From Octopus vulgaris (lineage: Eukaryota), in the NCBI GenBank assembly GCA_951406725.2, contig OX597822.1:53692001-53756000 (forward strand): a stretch of 64,000 bases of DNA, in the 5' to 3' direction. How positions within the stretch are numbered: the stretch's first letter is position 1; every line of letters starts with the position of its first letter. The notes under the pieces are model-generated. The model was not told the origin of the DNA, did no database searches, and saw nothing but the letters and a program-made list of their open reading frames with translations. Both the position numbers and the translations under genes were made by a program. This document shows positions 27,497 to 38,921 of the stretch, piece after piece.

Positions 27497-28443
27497 TTGT
27501 GGTGTGTGTGTGTGTGTGTGTGTGCGCGTGTGTATGTGTGTGTGCACGCGTGTGTGTGTGTACTGAGTAACATCAGAAGCTAAGTTAACCTATTTCTCCA
27601 TAATAGAACCAAGAACACAAAGCGTCGGGTCTTATATATTAACTTATATAATACTCTAACCTCTCTTCCATCAACTGAATTAATTTGAGAAAATACGAAC
27701 ACTATACGTTTCTGCTTTGTGATTTCCCTCACACAACATTCAGTTTTTATATTTAGGAAAAGAATTTATAAACCAACTCCATTCTCAAGGCCCAAGACTA
27801 TAGTGGAAGGCTCTTGCCTACGGTTCCACACAACCCGGAACCATGTGGTTGGCAAACTCCTTACCACACAGCCACGCTTGTGCCTCAAAATTAAAAGAAA
27901 ACAAGAAAATACACTTACACAGGGAAGGTAGGTTTTTCAAGCTAAGACACTGTTTTTCTCAGTACAAAATAATGTGTCGAAATTTATAAATTAGTAGATC
28001 GATTATTGCCCTGCTTTAAACAAATTTAAGTCTGTGTCGAGTAACGAAAACTATATTTATCGAGAGTAGAGAGTGAGATAATCCTCGACCATGGTTGAAA
28101 TTTCATGCTCATCGAAATTAAGAATCGTCCGTAAAAGTTGAGAAGTCTGTATAAACCGTTATGAAAATAAACGGTTTAGCCTTAAGATCAAAACAGTACT
28201 TTAATATAAGTTAATAGCTATAAATTTGTAAAATTAAAGATACACCATTTTTTCTCGGCCCAGATACTTCTCGCAGGCTCTAAAGCACTTACAATTCAGT
28301 CGCTACTATTTAAAATGTTGTCTCTTACTGTTTAAAGGCTGATTAAGATGTCTAACGGTGCAGCACAGAGAATTTCCATGGTCTACAGTACGTATTTTCT
28401 TGTCTCTTAATTTTGAGTTCAAACTCACGCTACATTTTTACAG

Positions 28444-28776
28444 GAAAATGAAGTCTTATCTATACAGAAGCGAATGAATGTTAATTCAGAATCACCAGCA
28501 AAAAACAATGCTTCATTATTAAATTACATTAGTTTTTGTCTGCAGTTTCTTAATTCTTATACCAGTACAATCCAATGTAGCTGGAACAGAGATCTTCTTC
28601 AGCGTGTAAAGATATCTAAGATTTCCAAAATAAATGCCAATAAAATAAAAATAAAAACAAACAGATGCACAGCTTTACTAGCAATAAGCCATGAAGAAGA
28701 AATCTAGGACAGCTCACTTTTCGGATACTTGCCTTCGTCAAGAAAAACAAAAACAAAACAAAATGTAAGCGGCATG
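28444..28776 (+). other. Possible host-gene 5'-UTR exon ending in ATG
   Basis: Branch-like CTCAC, acceptor TTTTTACAG, and ATG|GTGAGT donor in non-repetitive sequence. There is no protein-level support. Confidence 0.2.
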
Positions 28777-29212
28777 GTGAGTAAATAAATTGGCTGACGG
28801 AAGTGGATAGAACGAATTAGCGCTTCTCAGTGGGTGATAAAGATACGACTAGTGGGCATGTCTAGTAATGAGTGCTACTACACTGCTTTTCTCAGCACAA
28901 GGGAGGTTAGTCACGGCAAACAATAGATGTGAAGACTGATGTAGTTACGCGTTTTCTTGTGTGCGCGTGTGTCTTTATAGAGAATAAGTTCTTTATGTTT
29001 CTATATATGTAGGGAAATGTCTGGGCGTATGTTAGCGTATATGTGAGTGTTAGGTGGAGTGAATGAGTGTGGTGTGTGAGACAAGTGGAGGGAGTGGGTG
29101 TGAGGGAAGAAAGGAAGAAATCTCTATAAATCCAACTTCTGTTAAAGCTTATATACGCTTATATATACATGCATACATATATGTGCATGTATGTATATAT
29201 GTGTGTAAATAC

Positions 29213-29258
<46 letters not shown>

Positions 29259-29299
29259 TGCTGCATCTCTTATATATATATATATTGTTATATGAATAT

Positions 29300-29331
<32 letters not shown>

Positions 29332-29914
29332 TGTATACTATCATATGAATATATATGTATGCCTTTGTATATGTATGTGTTTGTGCGCGTGTGTGTATGA
29401 CTGCATGTGTATCTACATGTGTATGTATATGTGCGTGCGTGCGTGTGTATGTATGTATGAATGAATGGATGTGTCATGTGAGATTAGGCTCAACAATTCT
29501 TGACATTCTAACGTTTTCGGCTTTGGTAGTTTCGAGTTGTTCTTCATTCTGCCGAGATGTGGTAAAGGTGACAAAATCCATTATCTGCTAACACTTCTGG
29601 GTAACAGAGTAGAGGAGGGAGACGTGTACAAAACGTTTCTGAAATTTCAACGATAAGCATTAGTTGTTGTATATGATATAATGCAGAAGATAAATACGTC
29701 TGTATATCGTTTTTAGGCATCAAAGCAACCGTTGGAAAAGAGAAGAGAATAGATTACATAAACACATATATACATACATATACATTTATATTGATGTATG
29801 TATATATATATATATATATATGTATATATTTTCATACACAGCTATATATAATTATATATTCAACTGTATGTGTGTGTGTGCATGTGAGTGTATGTGTGAG
29901 TGCATGTGTGTATG

Positions 29915-29984
<70 letters not shown>

Positions 29985-29986
<2 letters not shown>

Positions 29987-31067
29987 GGCTACGATGGGTA
30001 AATTTCGCCATTTTATGTTTTTAAATTCGCGCATGCGCTTTTCTTGTTTTTGATTTTGTCGATTACATATTATAGGATGGTCAGTTGGGCACCGTCTGTG
30101 AGAAAAAGAATACCATAACGCAATTCATTCTCCCAGAAATTTGAAAACGACATGCTGTACTGCTTGGCATTCGCGCCGGTAGCTCCAATACGAGCATTTT
30201 AGAATATTTGGGTGTCAATTTGAGGACAGTGCAATCTGATGACATGCTCCGAGAGTGATAAAAATCAAACATCCAGTCAACATCCAGTGATGGCGACGTT
30301 GTGCATATTACATAAAAATATCTTGAAATACTAAAGAGTAAATTTATTCAATAAAATCGCCATTGGCTGCAACCACGGCTTCCAGACAACTTGGAATCTC
30401 CCATAACTCTTCTGGGCGGTCTCTATGTTTACGTTGGTGAATACTGCCATGATCCTCCTTGCCTTCAGTTCATCTTTGGTGTGTTGCAAGATGTTTTGTT
30501 GGTCTCTCGCTCAACTGCGCCCCACACATAATAATCAAGGGAGTTGCAGTCTGGAGAGTTAGGTGGACAGATGTTAACTGTGATGTGGTCTCAGAAATTG
30601 TCTGACAGCCATGACAAGGTTCTCTTGCTTGTGCGGCATGGTGCAGAATCGTGTTGCCAGACATTGGATCTTCCAGCAGCCACTCTCTTGACCCAGGCAG
30701 CACTACCTCCTTCAGGCACTCGGCGTTGTAGGCCTCCGTATTGAGTCTGAGGCCGTGTGGGAAGATGAATGGAGGCACAACGTCGCCATCACTGGATGCT
30801 GACTGGATGTTTGATTTTTATTACTCTCGGAGCATGTCATCAGATTGCACTGTCCTCAGATTGACACCCAAATATTCTGAAATGTTCATAATGGAGCTTC
30901 CGGCGCCAATGCCAAGCAGTACAGCATGTGAATTGCGTCATGGTAGTTTTTCTCACAAACGGTGCCCAACTGACCCTACTAAACTGTGTAGTAGACAAAA
31001 TCAAAAACAAACAATGCACGTACACGAAATTAAAAATATAGTATCGCGACAATTTACCCATCGTAGC

Positions 31068-31070
<3 letters not shown>
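29985..31070 (-). mobile_element. Tc1/mariner (DD37D/maT-like) deletion derivative with ~300 bp inverted arms
   Basis: The minus strand encodes MPPFIFPHGLRLN...WQHDSAPC...PPNSPDCNSLDYYVWGAVE with frameshifts. Arms are at 29985-30304 and 30775-31070. Confidence 0.8.
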
Positions 31071-31136
<66 letters not shown>

Positions 31137-31169
31137 TGTGTGTGTGAGTGAGTGTGTTTGTGTGTGTAT

Positions 31170-33120
31170 AGCAAATCCCTAAAGAGAAGAACAACAAACA
31201 CAAAAAACACAACAACGCGAGGACGTGGTACATATAAAGTATTAGCAGACGCTCAGGGAAGGAAAGAAAGATGGTTTAACGTTTCGAGCAACGCTCCTTC
31301 TTCAGAAACAGGAAAGTCCAATAGAAAGGAAGACGGAGGAAGAAAATCGCCAATGATTCACATGTGATTACATTTTGAAATGACCAGAAGGAAATGGGTG
31401 AAGAAAAAGTTCTTTCTAAGACAGGTGAGTGTAAGAAATGGAGGTATGTGCGTGCGCACAAGACTGTGTGTGTGTGTGTAATATCACGTGTGTGTGCGTA
31501 TGCCTGTGTATGTGTTGTATGTGTGGTGTGTGTGGTTTTGGCTGTTTATATGTGTGTGTAAGTGAACTTTGTGTCGCTTCATGTTGTAAGAAGGATTCAG
31601 TAGCCTTGTAGCAGGAGTGGCGGTCTTTTGTGTAGTTGTGTGTCTCTTCACATCTGCGTAGGGGAATGGCCAGTAGAAAGAAGTTTGACTGGCACTCTGG
31701 AGTATGTGTGCGTGTGTTAGTGTATGCGCGTATGTGTACGTGTGTGTGCATGTGGTTGTGTGTGTGGAGTATATGTGCGTTCCTCTGGGTGTGTGCGTAC
31801 GTGTGCGTGCGCAAGTGTGTGTGCGTGTATGTGCGTCTGTGTATATGCCCTTGTATGGGTAATTGTGTGCGTATAAGTATGAGTGTGTTGTGTCTGTGGA
31901 AGGTATGCGTGCGTTCATGTGTGTGTATGTGTGTGTATGTGTATATGTGTATATGTGTGTGTGTGCGTGTGAGTGTATGTATGCGTGTACTTGTGTGTGC
32001 GTGTGTATGTGTGTGTGTGTGCGTGCGTATGTGTATCTGAACGAGGGGTTGTGTGTGGAGGTGTATGTGCGTTTCTGTGCGTGTATGTGCGAGCGTGTGT
32101 GTGTGTGTGTGTGTAATTGTGTGTACGTGTGTGCGCGTATGTGTGCGTGTGTGTGCGTGTGTGTGTGTGTAGGAGTGTGTATGTGTGCGTGTGCTTGGGG
32201 TTGTGTGTATGTATGTGTGCGTATGTGTATGTGTGTGAGCGTGTATTTATATGTTGTGTTGCGTGTGTGTGTGTGTATGTGTATATGTGTTTGTGTTCCT
32301 GTGTGTGTGTATATGTGTGTATGTGCGTGTGTGTATGTGTGTGAGCGTGTATTTATACGTTGTGTTGCGTGTGTGTGTATGTGTATATGTGTTTGTGTGT
32401 GTATATGTGTGTGTATGTGCGTGTGTGTATGTGTGTGCGTGGGGTTGTGTGTGGGATTGTGTAGGGGCTTATGTGTGTAGAAAATATGTGCGTACCTGAG
32501 TGTGTGCGTGCGTGTGCGTGCGTGCATGTTCGTGCGTGTGTGATTGTGTGTGTATGAGCGTGTGTGTATGTGAGTGTGTGCGTTGGGTAGTGTTATGTGG
32601 AGGTGTATGTGCGTTCCTGTGTGCGTGCGTGTGTGTGTGCGCGCGTGTATGCGCGTGTGTGCGTGTGTATGTGTGTGCATGTATGTGTGTTGTGTGTATG
32701 TGTGCATGTTGTGTGTGGTGTGTGTGTGGGAGGTATATGTGCGTTCATGTGTGTGTGCGGGTGCATCTATTTTTTCGTGTGTCTGTATATATCCGTGTGT
32801 ATATGTATGTGTACGTGTGTATAGAAATAAAATAAAATATATTAAAATAAGATTAATTAATAAAGGTCGGAAAAAGTGGGAAGGGTAAAAGATGTAAAAA
32901 AAAAATTTACAAAATTAGCAGATGCAAGATAAAAAATAAAATAGTAAAAATTAAAGGGATAAAATAGAAATTAATACCAATTTAAAAAGCAACGCAATTA
33001 AAAAGTTAAACAATACGACGGAAAGAAGATAATAAAAAAAATTGAGAAGGGGTAACAGTGTAAAAAAGTAAGTGGGTATAAGAGAAGATAGAATAATATG
33101 AAATAAAATAAAATAAAATA
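31170..33120 (-). mobile_element. Inverted PLE 3' region: HHR (31274-31309), ~1.4 kb degenerate (CA)n tract and T-rich tract
   Basis: Minus strand GTTT-CTGAAGA-AG-GAGC-GTT-GCTC-GAAA-CGTT-AAAC. Joins the plus-strand PLE ORF remnant at about 33120. Confidence 0.55.
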
Positions 33121-33714
33121 AAGCATTTTCAACTACTTTGCTCCTATATATAATAATGCCTTAAAATTTAGTGGTTTTACTAATAACATTAAATATATAA
33201 AGCAATAATAAATCTCTGAACGAGATATAAACAGTAACCGCTCGACAACGTAAGGTGTACTAGCCATCTGAATGTGGCTAGCCACTGGGGGTGGGGTGTT
33301 ACTGATGCTTTTAGCCCCAGGCGATCAACGTCACCAGATGGACTTTAGACACAATCTCAGTGCCCTTGTGCTATTTGCAAAGGGAGGTCATCCTCCCTCG
33401 AAAACCTAAGTGCTACATACGGACTATAGTTTCAAGGTAATTGCCTCTCGTCAACGCATGGTAAATATATACATAATACTAAATTAAAAACTAAATTGGC
33501 CAATATCATTGGTAATAGGAATCCGATCTCAGATAGCAGGAACTCCCCAATTGATCGCCCCATGTGCTAATAAAATGCATATAATGGGTAAAGTAGAAAA
33601 GAAAAATAATAAAAAATAGTATTTATGGTAGTATCAATAATGATAAGGTTGATAATAGGTTTAATTATGATAATAATAATAATTATTACACACATGTGAG
33701 TGAGAACACTTTGA

Positions 33715-34495
33715 GATATTTTTGGTATCTAACATATGTCAGATTCTGCGAGCGCTGCTTCTGATTGGTCAATCCATGGTGATGACCCGAGGTCACGGTG
33801 ACGGCACTACTTTTGTCATTCATAAGTTACAACTAAACTTCATTCATTACTTTCACGAGCAGGTAGAATGTAGCCATGTAATTAAATAAACATACTATCT
33901 TTTTTATACCAGATATCACTTAAAGTCATATACACATAAAATATAAACATTTCTGGTCGTAATTCAATTTTTTGTTGCCAAAAAAATCACAACATATTTC
34001 GTCTGCTCGTCGATACTCTTGCAGTGCGGGTAGATCTATCAACAAGAAACAGGTCTGAGTATTATTAAAGTTATTGAAGATTCAATCTGTGTTTTGTATT
34101 TCTTGAACGTGAACTTGAATGTTTACAAAATGTTAAACAGTCATCAGTTATCAGTCATTTCACCTGAAAACTTAGCGCTATAAAGTCGGACTATCTTCCT
34201 GCGGCATGACATCATTTACAGTTACACATTGTGACGTCACTGACGTGAAATCAAGCTGTATTCATGCGCGCTTCAACACGATGTGAAGAATTTAGTTATT
34301 GGGTTAATAAAATATGGTCGTTTATTCGTGTGTAATAAATAAAATACCAAATTCATTCCCTATGGATACCGTATTTATTACAATTCGTGGCTTGTAAACG
34401 TATCTAACTCGCTTTCGCTCGTTAGATACGTTTACAAGCCACTCGTTGTAATAAATACGGTATCCATAGGGAACTCGTTTGGTATTCACTATTTA
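33715..34495. mobile_element. Non-autonomous element with a terminal ~65 bp-arm hairpin (Crypton-like architecture)
   Basis: 5' TTCTGATTGGTCAAT motif and a hairpin at 34343-34486 with loop CTCGCTTTCGCTCG. Confidence 0.45.
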
Positions 34496-34968
34496 TAATG
34501 TTACGTTAGGTAACGTTTCAAACATAAATAAAAAATAAAAATAAAAACGGAAATGGCTTCCCATATTGCAATCATAATCTGACAACAACGCAATAGTTGC
34601 CTTAATGACGGTAATAATAATAAATACGAACATAATTATAATGTTAAGATGGTTAAAGTTTCAAATTTGAATAAAAATAAAAATAAAAATAGAAATGGCT
34701 TTACATATTGCAATCATAGTCAAACAACACAGTACAAGGCAGCTTTTAATACTAGATCTAGGATTCGTCAGGTTATTTGGTTTGTCCCACCCTTTTCATT
34801 AAGAGTGAAAGGTCTACCAAAATTATTCTTTAAATTATTAAAAGAAAACTGCCCAAAACATCATAAATATTACTCAATATGCAATAAATCATCTATAAAA
34901 TTAGCTTATTCGGTAACTCCTAACCTCGGATCTATTATCGCTGCAGTGAATAGGAAAAAAATAAAATC

Positions 34969-35393
34969 GGATCTTTTCGGTTTGAACGGCAGTTTTTAAC
35001 ATAATTTCTAGGTAACTAAAAAATTTTAAACTTCGTATACTGGTAGAATGTGTTTATAAAACATCTTTTTTTCTTGGCTTTATTGAGAAAATTCTATAGT
35101 TTGTAAGATATTTGTTGTTGTTTTTTCTTCAATTTCTGCAATTTCAACCAATCAATTACGTCTATTGAGGTAAAAAAAAAAACATTCTGTGCCGTATGAA
35201 TATGTCCCTCGTTTAAGAAACAGATTGGGTTTATTTACATTTGTGAAGAAAAAAAGATACCCTTCCCCCACCCTAACCCTTACCCTAACCCTAAAACATT
35301 GAAATGCAATAGATCGATATTAGGATCATAATTATGGGTGACAATTTTATATGACACCGCTAGAAAAAACTGCCGTTCAAACCGAAAAGATCC
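34969..35393. mobile_element. MITE with 29-bp TIRs and internal CCCTAA repeats
   Basis: GGATCTTTTCGGTTTGAACGGCAGTTTTT / AAAAACTGCCGTTCAAACCGAAAAGATCC. It interrupts the PLE ORF. Confidence 0.8.
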
Positions 35394-35914
35394 ATAACAT
35401 CTTTAAATGATAGAATTGATAATAAGAATGATGATAATAATAAAGATAACACACCTTATGAAATAAAATATGTAAAAGATATAGGATTGGCAGATAATAT
35501 AAATAATAATAAAGGTAAAAATAAAATGAATAAATCTAAAATTAACACGAATAAAAGTACAAATAGTATCATGAATTCTGGCATTGAAACGAAGGGAGTA
35601 ACTGATATACATAATCATGCTATTAGTAAACCCCATAAAAAATGTAATTGTAAATACCCTTTAATATGTCCGGTTAACGGAAACTGTTGCCAGCATAACG
35701 TCATATATAAATGTAGAATTGAAACACCAAATGGTCAAAACAAGATATATATTGGAAGTACGACGAATTTCAAACAAAGATATAGAAGCCATCTGATCTC
35801 CTTTAATAATCCCAAATATAAGATATCAGCGGCATTGGCAACATAGTTTTGGGCTGCAGGCCCATTTAGCCCTCCGCAGGAGCTAACACCAAATCACCAC
35901 GGGGTGCGGCTTTT

Positions 35915-36160
35915 ATATATAGCGAGAATTTACAAAAAGGCGAAGACGGGTGTGTAAACAACAAACAGATGTATTAGTTAAACGCTCGGGAAGTGAGAAA
36001 GTCTTTTACGTTTCGAGCCTACGCTCTTCGACAGAAAGTTACACAGAAATAAACAGAGAGAGAAAATAGAAAAAGGTTTAGTGGTTAGCGATCTATCATA
36101 GCGCTTGCCGGACAGAAGGGTCACACAGGAGAGCTAGGAAGAAGGGGAGATAATAAATAA
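35915..36160 (-). mobile_element. Short HHR-type PLE derivative (core CTGTCGA)
   Basis: Minus strand 36003-36038 reads CTGTCGA-A-GAGC-GTAG-GCTC-GAAA-CGTA. Confidence 0.6.
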
Positions 36161-36349
36161 ATATATATGTGTTTAGATATTTGTATGTATGTGTGTGTAC
36201 AAATTTGTGTATATACGTATATTATACGTGTGAACAAACATGTGTATATACGTATGTATATATATATATACACATGCGTATACATATATACATATATAAA
36301 CACAAATACATAGAGAATAGACAGCTAGACAGACCGACAGATAGATAGG

Positions 36350-36411
<62 letters not shown>

Positions 36412-36428
36412 CATAGATACATAGAAAC

Positions 36429-36492
<64 letters not shown>

Positions 36493-36739
36493 GTAGGTAG
36501 GTAGGTAGGTAGGCAGACAGACAGATATATCTGTACTACGGACGTATGTATGTATGTATGTATGTATGTATGTATGTATGTATGTATGTATGTATGTATG
36601 TATGTATGTATAGCGAATTGGTAAAGTTGTTACAACGTTGGATAAAATGTCTTGCGGTATTTCTGCTAACCCTCTGTGCTTTGAACTCCAGTTTTGCTGA
36701 TACCAGTTGTATTTAATATATCAGAAGACGTCGTCGAGA

Positions 36740-37860
36740 AATTTAAGGAGGACCTATAGAACAATTTAGCGCTAAAAATTAACACCCAAAACAATATTTA
36801 TACCATTCCTTTTCTAGATATAAGCATACAGATTAAAAACAATAGATCCATTACGTTAATTTAAACAGAAGACACAAACAGATGCATGGAGTTAGTGAAT
36901 ACTCATATAACTACAAAATGTTAATGGTAATGTCAGAACGAGAGAAATTTTAGATTCTCTTCCGCAAATGAAACACTTAGTATTGAAATCCAAAAATTAC
37001 AACAATGGATGCTTAAATGGACAATTAGGCTTAGTGACTGATTAACAAAGACAGGAATACACTGCAGCAAATCTATTATACAGTACCCCGACTAACAATA
37101 TGTATTTTACACATAATGTGTAAAGTGTGAATTAAATGCATACCATGTGTAGAACAGATGAACGTATAATAAAAAATACCATAAAACGAAGCACAAAAGG
37201 TGTCACATCAAACCATTAGTTGAATCTAGTAATATAACAAAAACAATAAGATGAAAACTTTCCAGATTAATAACACGCTGCAAGCATGTAAATCTGAGAA
37301 GAAATTTAGAACGACGTATGTAATTTACAAATTTTAGTGTAAAAGTGAAAGTTGAAAACTTCACAATTCCAACAGTTACACTGACCAGACAAGTAAAACA
37401 CTTTCTGATAAAACCCTCTTGAATTATAAAACAAGAGCCGGTTGCAGTACACAACACCACATACTATAAAACAAAACTAGATAGGAAAACATTAATAGAA
37501 AATACTTCCGTACTATATAAAATTCCCTTACAAAAATAGAAAAACTAATTTGAAAGCAATATTAATTATTAATATTAATTATCATTAATTATTAATTATA
37601 ATTAACACACAATTTACATACGTCACAACCACAAATTCTATGACATAGAGCTTCAACGCGCTAACAGTCAATTTCTGATGGGGGAAATTTGTATACGTAT
37701 TAGGCGTCCATACAAAAAGGACAACACAGAAACCAAAACGACTCCCTATCCTGAAGATGATCCTGAGGTGGCATGAAAACGCTAATGAAAATGAATTTGG
37801 GAAATTTATTGTTCCAAACGACTTATAACAATCTGGTACGCAGATACGAAATGTCATTAA
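36740..37860 (+). pseudogene. Heavily degraded Penelope-like element
   Basis: IPFLDISI RT motif near 36805 and an RNLERRM GIY-YIG-like segment near 37300. Many stops. Confidence 0.5.
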
Positions 37861-37863
37861 CAT

Positions 37864-38264
37864 ACTCTTTTACTTGTTTCAGTCATTTGACTGCGGCCAT
37901 GCTGGAGCACCCCCTTTAGTCGAGCAAATCGACGCCAGGACTTATTCTTTGTAAGCCTAGTACATATTCTATCGGTCTCTTTTGCCGAACCGCTAAGTTA
38001 CGGGGACATGAACACACCAGCATCGGTTGTCAAGCGATGTTGGGAGGACAAACACAGACACACAAACACACACATATACATATACACGACAGGCTTCTTT
38101 CAGTTTCCATCTACCAAATCCACTCACAAGGTCGACCAAATCCACTTTGGTCGGCCCGAGGCTATAGTAGAAGACACTTGCCCAAAGTGCCACGCAGTGG
38201 GACTGAACCCAGAACCATGTGGTTGGTAAGCAAGCTACTTACCACACAGCCACTCCTGCGCCTA
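37864..38264 (-). mobile_element. Complete family-A tRNA-derived SINE with internal microsatellite
   Basis: Head TGGCTGTGTGGTAAG...GGTTCAGTCCC, CORE-like CTTTGGGCAAGTG, internal (GT)n, tail GCTCCAGCATGGCCGCAGTCAAATGACTGAAACAAGTAAAAGAG. Many partial copies elsewhere. Confidence 0.88.
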
Positions 38265-38851
38265 TAAAAACAATAAGATGAAAGATTTATTTAGAAGATA
38301 GTCGGTTTTTTTTTTTATATATAACATGTTACGAAGCAAAGCTTTACTCCTTACCTGCAAAGATAAATATTAATTAGATTAAATGTACACTAAGCAACGA
38401 TGATCAAAATAAGGCTGTGCACATTTATAGTTAATACTTTCGTGTAAACGTAAACGTGGCAAGACCTTTCCTGCGATGTGGCGCCCGAAAGAGAAATTCT
38501 TAAAGACAATGTGTGTGAGCACACACCGAGCTGGACTGTGAATGACATCATCGAACTGAAGGGCGCGTGTTTCTACGTGGGGTTTTTTCAACACCGAATC
38601 CGCGCGTGTTTATATATTACACCAAGCACACAGACGCACGTACGCGCACACACGCGCGCGCGCGTACACACACGTTAGAAGTGAGATCGACATTCCAGCA
38701 ACAGCAGATGCATTAAAGAGGAATTTCTTGGACTGCGTGGCTGGATGGGAAGCTGGTGGCGCCTTACTGTCTAGCCGGTCTTTGAAGGTACTTGCAGGCG
38801 AGGATGTGTATGTTATGTATGTATGTATGTATGTATGTATGTGTGTATATA

Positions 38852-38918
<67 letters not shown>

Positions 38919-38921
<3 letters not shown>

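Larger units (their letters stand above)
33120..35846 (+). pseudogene. Penelope-like element remnant (RT C-terminus, Asn-rich linker, GIY-YIG endonuclease) with nested insertions
   Basis: FAPIYNNALKFSGF (~33136), RQVIWFVPPFS...IKLAYSVTPNL (34649-34968), and CNC...CPVNGNC..NVIYKC...IYIGSTTNFKQRYRSH (35487-35846). Confidence 0.8.

Noticed and set aside
31484-32707. 407-aa His/Thr-rich ORF
   Set aside because: It is a degenerate (CA)n tract, open in several frames by composition alone.
33250-33470. Second possible HDV-like or RTE-5'UTR element (GGGGCTAAAAGC...ACCCCACC on the minus strand)
   Set aside because: I could not assemble P1-P3 pairings by eye.
37751-37785. Plus-strand CTGAAGA...GAAA..TA at the end of a decayed PLE
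   Set aside because: Stem I does not pair; at best a decayed relic.
38478-38495. TGGCGCCCGAA resembling a tRNA-Lys primer-binding site
   Set aside because: Only 11 nt match, with no preceding LTR CA end and no gag downstream.
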